DNA of 64,000 nucleotides. It comes from Lophium mytilinum (lineage: Eukaryota). The DNA lies in contig MU004187.1 of assembly GCA_010093605.1 (NCBI GenBank), positions 496,001 through 560,000 on the forward strand, read 5' to 3'. The translations under genes and the position numbers were made by a program. Positions within the stretch are counted from its first letter, which is position 1; each line of letters opens with the position of its first letter. Positions 1-10,286 of the stretch are shown here, in pieces. The notes beneath the pieces were generated by a model. That model worked only from the letters and a program-made list of their open reading frames with translations, was not told the DNA's origin and did no database searches.

Positions 1-695
1 ACCTGGAAAACACCCTCTCCAATAAGCACCCCAAGCTGGAAAATACTCCACCACTTCACTCGCGCGTTCGTGCTCTCAGCGGTGTTCCTGTGTGTTCGCT
101 CGCGCACGACGATATAGCCTTGCTCGTCCTTGACCTGGGCGATCAGCTCTCCGAGTTGTCGAACTAATCAAAGTATCAGTAACCATCATCCAACCCTCTG
201 AAGAGACGTTTCACAGACCCTCTTTCTCCAATGGATCCTGCGGCGCTTCTGATTCCGGCACGTAAACGATTCCATGGACATTGAACGAGACCTCCTTGGT
301 ATTCGCGGACCAATGCTCGTTGCTGAAGCAGTATGTGTATCGGCCGTCCATGCCCGCAATGAAGGAGTGGTCGCCGGAGGAGATTGAGCGCTCGTGGACT
401 TGGTAGGAGTTGGAGGGCGTTTGGATCTGTGAATTGCGCGGTATCAGCACTCTACCAATTGCATATTGTTGTATACGAGGCATATATGGGGCCTTACCCA
501 GAAGTCGACCTCCAAGTTCCCGCTACCTCCAAACTCTCGGTCGCCGACTTGGAAGGTCACGGTCATCTTGTCGTCCTTGTGCAGCTGCTCGTGGAAGCAT
601 TCCCGCGAATGCGCCTTCATCTGGATGTTGTGGGCGGAGGACAGGCCGAGCATGCTGCTCGCCGCGGCGAGGATAGCGAAGGAGGAGAACAGCAT
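1..695 (-). CDS. EMP24: p24/emp24/gp25L family COPII cargo receptor (3' end runs off the window)
   Basis: Signal peptide, GOLD domain (AHSRECFHEQL...FQVGDREFGGSG, GRYTYCFSN) and coiled coil/TM (EQGYIVVRERTHRNTAESTNARVKWWS). Introns 427-497 and 164-218 restore the frame. Confidence 0.95.
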
Positions 696-1698
696 CTTCA
701 GAGGAGTTTCTTGTCCTCTTGGGCGGTGGAGATTGACAGCGGGGAGAAAGTCGTGGTGTTTTCAAGGAGTGTTGAAGATGCCACTGTACGAGTTGACAGG
801 GGTGTCTCGGAGAACCTCGAACGTTTTTCCGGGTATCTCCTTTCCTCTCTTCCTCCGAGCCACAACATCTATCTATCAATCTTCATTTCTGAAGGCATTC
901 CATTGACAGGATCCTCATCTGCTTCGTCATTCTGCTCTACAGGTAAATATCTGACTTTATACAGATGCTTCGACCGTCTTTGTCTCTGGTTGGCGAGAAA
1001 TATGCGTTCACGACGCGTTAAGGAAAAGGAGAACAGCGAGCCTTCATGATCGCTAGAATTACAGATAAAAGTCAGTTGATTCGAGTACGGTAGGATGTGT
1101 AGTTCATTTTGGAGCCGTGGTTCGTGCTTCGATGTCATCTTTTGGTTTAGTGCATGGCGCCCGAGAGGGCCTCACGGGCATACACATATGCTCAGGCGCC
1201 AAGTTAAGGGAGTCTAGTCGTAGGTAAGAAACGAGTAGAAATAGATTAGTTTACATTAGTTGATTTTGGGATCATTGTCTGTCGTGCTGCTTCAGAGGCC
1301 CAAATTTTCATGCGATGGTTTCGCATGAGGTGCCTCAATGGATTATCCAAGACTCCAAAAGAGGTCGAAAGTTGCTTCAAAGTCAAGGCTCTCCAATTTT
1401 GTCCAGCAAATAGCTCAAATTTACTAGACCCATCGTTGCTGTTTGTCAACGGCGGTGCAGGTGGGAAATTCCTACATCTATGAACAAAAAGAACGCCATT
1501 GAGGCCGGCTTGCACTTCTTTTGCCTCTCCTTTCTTCAGCCCACTGCCGAACTTCCTCCGCCTTCACTTTGCCTCTCTATTTCTTGAGCCGGCCCCTCTC
1601 CTTCCTTTGACCACCTTCACCCTTGTTCTCTTTCACCTCTTCACCATCTCACCGTCATGACGACAACACCTTGACGATAGAACTACAACTCTAACAAT

Positions 1699-2762
1699 AT
1701 GGCGCGTAACCCACCTCCTCCGCGTAGGGTCTCCAGAACCTCAACCCTTCTCTTCGCGCTCGGAGCGCAAGACACGCCCTTTGCAAAAGACAAGACGAGA
1801 AAGTCGGCACCCTCAGTAAGTGCGGCTCTACCAACTCGCCCGCAAAGGCTGCGCTACGAAGAGAAGCTGATGTTGATCTACAGACCCCATTTCTAATCGG
1901 CAGCAAATACAAGAAGCCTTCCGATACTAAGAAAGCGGCATCCACGCCCAAGGACGAGAGCAACAATAAGGATGCGGATAAGAAGTCTGGCGCTGCAGCG
2001 GACGAGGCTCAAGCTCCTGGAGCTTGGGTTGAGGTTGACGCGGCCGCCGCCGACGATGCCGCGTTTGACAAAAAGACCGATTTCACTGCGCAGCAAGACG
2101 ACATGCTCCTCAAACTGAAGATCATCGAGGCCAAGGCTTGGAAAGACATCGCTTCTGAGGTCGGCAAGGAAGTCTGGGAGGTCAAGGCACGGTGGAAGGA
2201 TGTTAGGCCGACGGATGAAGCAAGATGGAAGCAACTGAACGGTTACGGCGCCGCGCCCGCAAACTCAGGCGGAGGTGGCGGCGGCGGCGGCAGCGGCGGC
2301 GGCGGTAAAAGTGGAGGTGGAGGCGGAGGAGGCGGGAAGAACAACGGCAAAGGGGGCGGCAAGGGTGGAGGTGGAGGTGGAGGCGCAGGCGGAGGCGGCA
2401 ACGACGGGAAGAAGAACGACAAGCAGAAGAGCAACCAGAAGAACTCCTGGCAGAAACAGCAGCAGCAGCAGTCTCACAACTTTGACGTCGCTGAAGACGC
2501 CGACGACGAGGCTGGCATAGCTGATCCCTTCGCTGATCCCCTGCCCGACATCCAGAGTGGAGATGGTGTTGTCGAACTTGAGGAGGACGACAACTTTAGC
2601 CAGGACGAACTCGTCATGCTCTGCCGGCTGCTGCACCGTGACCAGAGGAACCTGTGGCTCCGGATTGCTTCCCAGTTCTACGACAAGACAGGCCGAAAGG
2701 TCCACCCGATGGATATCAAGGAGAAACTGACTGGGGTGGCAGCTGCGGAGCACGGAGGTTGA
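1699..2762 (+). CDS. Hypothetical 331-aa protein with two Myb/SANT-like repeats separated by a Gly/Lys/Gln-rich linker
   Basis: Intron 1816-1883 (GTAAGT..CAG) joins ORF 1699 in frame to ORF 2103-2762. Motifs FTAQQDDMLLKLK..AWKDIASEVGKEVWEVKARW and FSQDELVML..WLRIASQFYDKTGRKV. Confidence 0.75.
2268..2399 (+). repeat. Coding GGN trinucleotide repeats (poly-Gly tracts)
   Basis: Runs of GGC/GGA/GGT codons encoding GGGGGGGGSGGGGKSGGGGGGGG...; a (CAG)n run follows at about 2457-2471. Confidence 0.9.
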
Positions 2763-4801
2763 AATCGGGGGATAGGAGAATCAGGAGTCAGCATGCTGAG
2801 CTACTAGGTTGCATACACTGTTTGGACTTCTTTTAGGTAGGGGCAACACGACTGCTAATAGGCATTGTCTGGACAGTCATAAGCCATTAAGGTTGGTAGG
2901 GCCTTGGCTCTTTGAGGGATCATCCAAATTGCTTTTCTGAAGACTATCATGATAGTTTACTGGCGTCAAGGCGATGCGGAGTTGCTTTATTGAAAGTTGG
3001 CAGCTGTGGATCAGCTTCTTCCTAAGTATGAGCCTTTTTCCTTAGTATGAATTGGAGTCTACCTGAGAAAATCATTCATGAACTCCCCCCTCCGCGTTAT
3101 ATGAACACTTAGTGACTTGGTCAGAGGTCTTTTGGTGCTACCGCGAACGGGAACCAGAGGAAACCGGAGTATTCGAAACACTAGCTCTCGTTCTGAGCGA
3201 AACGTTGAAGGCAACATCCCCCTTTCCCCGAGCATGCATACTACACCTTAATTTAAGTTTGCCTACACTACATAACCATTATGAATGCGCCACCTCTACC
3301 CCAATCAACGCTCGTAGGCTTCTCCCCTCCCAAGCCTCTCAAGTCCCAAAGATCAGACTCACCTCCGTAGGGAACCCAATCCCAACCACACCAACCAAAC
3401 AGCAAAAGTGCGACCCTTTTTTCCTCGCCCCCCTCATAGCTTCCTCCAACTCCCGTACCGCTGTCGCCAGATCTATCGCAGACCTGAGAACATAGCCTCC
3501 CTTCAATCAAGCACAAACACATCCATGTGAAGAACACAGTGCTACCGCCAGATTATACGGGCAGCTCAGATGATCAAGTCAACGGTCGATCCGCAAAGTC
3601 ACTTCTCGGGATGGAGTTCGTGAATAGTTCTCGTTCGAGCGGCGGCGGAGTGAAATGAAGACAGTGGTAACGCGAATGGGGCAGGGAAAGAAGGGCTAAT
3701 TGGAGTTTCAGATGTGTTCGGTGGATGAGTGATTGGTAAGTAGGCAGTGCTGAGCCAACTCCTGGTTATTTTGGGAACGATCTGGGCCCTTCAGGCTGGT
3801 TGGTTGAATCATGAAGGCCTTGAAGGTGTAAGCCTAGCAGCTATGCTTATTGGCTACGCGTTGACACGGGGCAGATTGAGGAGGTGGATGCTTGCGGTAT
3901 CCTGGTCGGCCTTCAAAGGTCTCAGAGGGTCGTGGGAGTTGTCAAAAGGGCTAACATATTAATCTGACGTTTCTTGTAAGCCATATATATCTTCTTTTCT
4001 CCAGGCATGGTTTTAAGAATCGAGTTTAAATTCCACTACGGCGAGAGACGACGATAGGGCGTGAAATACAAGTGTGTGAGCATTTCATAATCTCACACAA
4101 TGTATCAACGGGAGGACTTCTACTAAAAAGTCTACCGGCGTCTTTTTTTTCACTTCCAGTTTCAGGTGCATAGAACATAGATCAGTCCCGGACTATGAAC
4201 GCTCAAATCAATGTATGTGCTAACCCTTTTATCAGCTTTACCGCTTCTATACATATAAACGAGCGAGCAAAAAGAAAGACCGCCCTCAACGCGACTCGAA
4301 CCCATCCTAACCACGTGGTATCGACAAAAAGAAAGGGCCCCTCGAGAGAGGGACGGCGGCGAGCGTCCTCGCCCGTTGCCACTCGGTGACAGTGAGCTCG
4401 GCTGGCCTGTCTGAGACGTTTCTTAGACGAGTTTCAGCAACTTTCCTGAGAGGCAGGCTCGAACTAAAGCGTATATATTAGCTAGGCAGAGGGACTAAGT
4501 AACTAGGCATTCACCGTTACGTCGCCCCCTGAGTCGGTCGCCCCTGTGACCCTTTCGCCGCAGCGAATCGAATTCAGGCATATCTAGCAGACGAGATCCA
4601 GCAAAGACAAGCCTTAGCAGCAAATCAGAAAGACTAAATTTAAAATACCAATGGCTATGCATAACGAATGTATCCAGTAAGTTCCGGCGCTTCCCCTTGC
4701 CCCCCTCCCTCCCCTTCCGCCCGCTTAGAACCACCGCTTTCAACCAAGGCCGCACCATCTAAACCGCCGAACTCCCCCAACCCAATCGGCACGTATCGGG
4801 T

Positions 4802-5269
4802 TTAACAATCGGTAGTATAGGAACCAAGACGGCTGCCGTCAGAGAAACCATTGCAAACTTGTGCCTCGTCAACATGGACCCCGGAACCCGAGCAGTCGTT
4901 AGACGCGAAGAAATTGGCTGTTCAATACAATCAGTAAACGGGTATTACGGAAGTTGAATACCTAGCGCTCTGGGGGGGAAAGCGGCTAGGTAGGATGTAG
5001 GCCACTTACTAGAGCATCCGCTGAGGGTATCGACGAGCATGCTGTCGGCGCCGCCGGCTGTGTTGCACAACTGTTAGTATACTGTTTGATAGATCTTACG
5101 ATGGTGGAGATGACGTACGGATGCTGTTGCAGCTGTGGCCATCAGTAGCTATGAAGCTGGAAGCGCTGCCGGTGCAGCTTGTGCCGCTGAAAAAGGTAAC
5201 GGAATAGAGGTTGCTGGCGTTGGCCACGGCGACGGCGCTGATGAGGAAAAGAGCAATGGAGGAATGCAT
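4802..5269 (-). CDS. Small secreted cysteine-rich protein (104 aa), MiAMP1/beta-gamma-crystallin-like
   Basis: Exons 5269-5119, 5057-5010, 4917-4802; introns GTACGT..CTAAC..CAG and GTAAGT..CTGAT..CAG; 315 nt in total, in frame. Signal peptide, 6 Cys, duplicated motif FFSGTSCTG / FFASNDCSG. Confidence 0.85.
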
Positions 5270-7478
5270 GGTGAAGATTATTGGTTTATCTGGAGAGTGG
5301 ATAGACGAGTTGGAAGGAGGTTTGAAAGAGAATGATTGAGCTGTAGATGTGTTGAGAGAGAATGTTGGAGCTGTAGATGTGTGATGCCGAGAAATGGAGG
5401 ACAAGTGCAGTCCTTATATGGACTGCGATCAAGCAGTACAATGCTAGACTTGCTCGTACTTCGGAAGCCATACTGTAGTCATCGTGCACAGTCATTCGAC
5501 TCGAAAATAACCTTGAGGTCTTACGTGCTACTCGGAAATTTCCCTTATTACAAACAAACTAGCTGAGACGGAGTATTGCCAATCACGACGATGCAGATAG
5601 AATTTAAGGTGAAGTGACTGCGAAGAATTCTAGTACGGAACTGTGGGGCAAAATAGGTAATTCCGAAGACCCATAGTAAGCTTAGTATACATGTAACTAG
5701 AGTACACAGGCACGCCCCTTAACAAGAAGCATCATGAGTGGCAGGGTGTGAAACGGGAAGTCCCACAAATTCAATGCTGTGCAGACATGCTACGAGCCAG
5801 TCGCAGCTGCGGCTTCATCCATGCGCCCTTTGGATGCTAACTGGATAGTCTCTGCGTGATATTGAATAAAACAGGTCAATGACAATAGCCCACAAGCCTA
5901 TTTCGGTCTAAGTTACTAGAGAGGAAGTAGTGTAGGCAGGGGTATCTACTGTGGGGAACCTCCACATCAAAAGCTTACAAGGTAGTACGGTCAAGACCTC
6001 GTTCAATTCGGGGATGAAGGCCATTGCCTTAATGGAAGTACTGGAGTTTTCTCGGACAGAGCTCCGTATTGCCCACGTCTCCCGTACCCGTGTGTTGACG
6101 GCGGCAGACAACAATTCAGTGGGTTCCAGCTTCGAAACTCCCTCGAACTGATAATCCAGAGGCTACGCATCGCCACCTCTAGTTGACTAAAAGGGCGGGC
6201 TTTGCGAAAAGATCACAGACCGCATGACTGTTGCGTCGGAGGTCTGAGAAGAGGTGAAGGGTGTGAGCGGTGGGTGACCCTTGCAAGCCTGTGGTGATTA
6301 AGCAGGGAATATCTCATCACGGCCGTAGTACATTTCCTCACGTGCTCTATCCCTAACCTCAACACTATTCTCCTCAGGATCCTGTCCCAAACTCTAACGC
6401 CCTTCTATCTGGTTTACCCCTTAGCTGCCATATATCGCTCTCGATGAACGTGACTTGAACATCTATCATCAATTCTCGTTCCCAACCTCCAATCCTTTTA
6501 CTCTCCCCTTTTCCCTTCCCATATATACCCTTCATTTGAACACAAGCTCTCAGGAAAGTTGCAAACCCCCATCCGCTCGGTCAGCTGAGTCCAATGGACC
6601 AGGACGCTCGCCACCGTTCGCACTGCGCTTCTCACTAGTAGTGCGGACCCTTTCCTTTTGCCGTTCCTGGCTTCCGGGGCACGTAGGAGGTACACCGCTC
6701 TTCTCAACCAAGGGTTCATCGTTCGAGGCGCGATGGAGTTCGACGGATGAATCTTTTTGCTGTAATCGAACCGCTGTCCTATCTACAGGCAAGATCATTA
6801 ACAACTATGCCCACATCTTTTGAGCCTCCCTCCTTCCTACCCATCGACAAGGACCAGGAAATTCCAGCCCAGCGCCTAGTGAAGGCGTAACCATATCAAT
6901 TTTCAAAGCCAGTACTCCACTAGGTTCCTGAGCGCATTTTTGGTCGTTGAACGAGTCTTCGGGCTGTTTCAGAGGTGCCGGAAATCCTCAGGGATCCTTT
7001 CGTTTTCCTACTTCAGTTCGACCTACACTAGGGATCCCCCATTCTCTAAGCTATACAGGTTGGCGCGACTTACAGAGGATGCTCAAAAAGCGAATACAAG
7101 AGATTCCGAAACTGGCTGCGATCATAATGATTATGCCTCGGGCGATATTTTAAAGCCCGTACTACCTGGGGACCGCGGGGACTAGCGTAAGGGGGAGGAA
7201 ACCTGCAATCACTATCGAGCTAGTCGTGCAACCTAGTGTAATTATTGGACACACAACGCATGAGTGCTCAAGCCTACTTCGTTCAAAAGTAAAAAGTGCG
7301 AACTCATGGCGAGTGGAGGGATGAAAAACCTTCAATTTATCGCAGCTATTGCAGAAACAAGACAGCCAGACTCCCCTATTCCCAGCGCTCATAAAGCCAG
7401 ACCCAGCCCAATCCCACAAGTCCATCCACTAACCTTACACACGCCCCCCTCTCTACCCATCCCATCATTCAACTATCG

Positions 7479-8084
7479 TTATTTCGTCCCCCCCGTAAGC
7501 TTCTGCACCCACCCCTACACCACCCGTCAGCACCACTCTCCCTCGAACTACCCCCCGCACCAAACTATTCCACTCACCTTCTCCTTCAGCTTATCATGAT
7601 ACGCCTGATCCCTCGACGCCCCCTTAACATGCGCATCTCTCGAGCTCGGGGTGCTATAGATACTCCCCTCCCGCTTCTGGAAGCGCGACGGCGGCACCTT
7701 GCTGGCGTCCCACTCCTTGCTCATACGACGGTCGCGCGACGCGGCGGGCGGGGAGGACGAGAGGCCCATGTCGTCCGGGCCAGCGAGGTCGCCGAGCTTG
7801 TCGCCGGCGAAGGGGTCGTTGGCGGCGGTGCGGGAGGAGGCGAAGGGGTCTTTGGATTCGACTGAGGGGTTGTTGGTGGGTGTGGCGTCGAGGCCTGAAG
7901 GGGGGGTGTTAGAAAGGGGGGATGAGAGGGTTGGGTCTAGGGAGGGGAAAGGGAGGGATGGGGTGGGGAGTATCGTGAGATGATGCTGAATCTGTGGGAG
8001 ATAGATTGTGGCTCTCAAGAGATCAAAAGAGTATAGTACGAGAAGTCGAGGCTACATACCAGAAGCAGCAGTTTCCGTAGCCAT
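7479..8084 (-). CDS. Small hypothetical fungal protein (RRMSKEWDASKVPPSRFQKREGSIY motif)
   Basis: Exons 8084-8060, 7894-7578, 7514-7479 with canonical introns (GTATGT..CTAAC..CAG; GTGAGT..CTGAC..TAG). The motif is recalled from small uncharacterised Pezizomycotina proteins. Confidence 0.8.
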
Positions 8085-9399
8085 GCTAACAGTTACCCTC
8101 CAATGCACTTCCGTATCCGGGTATCAAATATCAAATAAAGTAACACCTATTTCAACAGCTCGATTTCACAGACTCAAGAGGTCGTCGAGTTATGAAGCTG
8201 ATGGAAAGAAGAGGGGTAGCTGGTAGCTGGTAGCATCGCCCACTCCAGGCACGCACATGGCCCAAATATAACAAAGAAACACCTACCCAGGGTGGGCTCC
8301 CCTCCCTCCTTCCCCAAATTACGCCCCTCCCTAACCATCAGCTTCCCAGCCAACGACGTCAAAGCCCAGCTGGGCGTCTCAGATACTCGCACATGACGCG
8401 CCCACCCCCCCTCTTCCTCAGGCTCGCTGCACCCATCTCTGGGAACGGTCCTTGGCTCCCCCTCTCCGTCGCAATTGGAGCACCGCATGCCAGCGACGTC
8501 AGCGCCGCGCTCCTCGTGCTGCGATTCGGTGCGCGGCGGGCGAGAGGGGGTGTGACGATCCCCACGATTGGTGCACTGCCTCGCCAGAAAAGCTTGGGAC
8601 GGCGGTGGAGCAGTCTCAGTGTAGCGATGGAAGGACGGTGGGTATGCGGATCGGCGGTGCTAGGGTGTGGGGAAGCGGGCCTGCAGAGGGGGGGGAGGTC
8701 TAGGCGCTCTATGCCCTTCCCAGGCTAGGGTCTAGAGTTTGTTAAGTGGGGCCGTGTATTCACTTTGTGAACTTCGTTTCTATGTAAGTGGATTGGTTGA
8801 AAACGTGTTGCCGCCTCTTTCTGGTTACGAGAGCAAACGTGCTCGCTGAGACAATTGAGTAGGTTAGGTAGCTTTATATGGATGGTGGTTAAGGGAAGGG
8901 CTACCCCGCGATCGCGTCGACCCAAGCAAAGGCAGTTTAAGTTAAGCCACACGGGTGCTCAAGCTACGGAAGGACGATCGGTAGGTATGATCATTCATCA
9001 AGACCGCATTGCTACTACCTCGTTGGTGGGTTCGATTTCATGTCTATGTCAGACTGCACCCGCCGCCGGCAGATGGGTGTGCATCTGCGTCCATGCCGCC
9101 TATCGCCACGACAACACCACTCGTTATTTCCGTCGGACAACGCCGTCGATAAGCCAGACGCCCTGCTAGGTCGCATATGCAGTGCCAATTGGAGCCGGGG
9201 AGGGGTGAGAGAAAGAAGCAAGACTAAGCTTGGCGAGGGCCAGCTAGCTGGAGAGATGGTGGTGAGATTTATGGCGTCGAGGCGCAGCAGATGGATCTTT
9301 ACGTGCAGCCTGAGTCTCCACGCCTTGGTACCAAAGTTTGCAAACACGCTGAACTGCATCCACTGGGCGATAGACAGTCTCCGGAGTCATGTGAAGCGA

Positions 9400-9700
9400 A
9401 CGCTCGTGACGTGAGCAGTCTTTCACCTCTCCATGTGCTCTGCCGTGGAGGCGCAGCATATAGCTCGCCCTCATGGCATCTTGGCCAAAGGCCTTCAAGA
9501 GGCCTTCCGAAGGACGGTTTGAAGCGGGACAAGCCCTTGGCTCTCGCGTAGAGAACCTCGCACAGTAGTGATCCTTGGAAGGCATCGGAGAGCCAAGCTT
9601 GGCTGCAGCATGCAAAGGTGTGCCCAGCTGCAGTGCCAGCTCTCTGGTAAGCCAGTCAGTCGCCCTGATAGCAGCACGAGGAAAGCCACAGAATCGCCCC
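9400..9700 (-). pseudogene. Possible decayed ankyrin-repeat gene fragment
   Basis: GTPLHAAAKLG at 9592-9624; a second, frame-broken ankyrin-like stretch (GELYAA / LHG / RLL) at about 9410-9470. No intact gene model found. Confidence 0.3.
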
Positions 9701-10286
9701 ATACCACCGTGTTGAAAGACCGCGAAATTGAACATATTTTGTAAATTTTCCATCTGGATATTCATCGCAAAGAAGATATGTGAAGTAGTGTAGTTTAGTG
9801 TAGAGTCAATGCTCCTTTTTCCTCCCCATCAACCTTTCCCAACCGCAGCAACCACCAAACATCATCCACTTTTACATTCTCTGCATTTATCGGACAAAAG
9901 CAAAAAGCCGCAGGCCAACGAGTTCCAGACGAGACCTCGCTATGCCACTCAATGGCACAGCCCCATCAGTCGTCCGACCAGCAAATCGCTCAGCCGAGCT
10001 ATGCATCCAACGCCGAGAAAATGCAGTTGGGAGCCGCCCGGGACCCAAAGTTTGAGAGTAAAGAGACATCATACTTGAAGGGAAGGATCAAATCTGGACA
10101 TCAAAATCAAAAGACAAAGGAGAAAGGAAATTGGGCCGCTCTGGCACGTACATTTACAACTCCAGAATCTGAAGCCAAGTCGAGGTAAGACACGCCGGAA
10201 CGCCATAGTGATGTTCGAGAAGTGAAGTGGATCGCACACACACAAGAGTCTCTGCTGCATTCGAAGGCCCATGTTTCTGAAAGGCA

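Noticed and set aside
1458..1475. CAGGTGGGAAATTC, similar to yeast RNase P RNA CR-I
   Set aside because: No downstream P4 partner or other conserved regions; it lies in the pyrimidine-rich promoter of the next gene.
5338..5383. Direct repeat GAGCTGTAGATGTGT x2 upstream of the secreted-peptide gene
   Set aside because: Two copies only; a simple local duplication, not an array.
5500..10200. Telomerase RNA in the long intergenic regions
   Set aside because: Only partial CCCTAACC matches (6351, 8328); no 1.5-repeat template plus pseudoknot could be identified.
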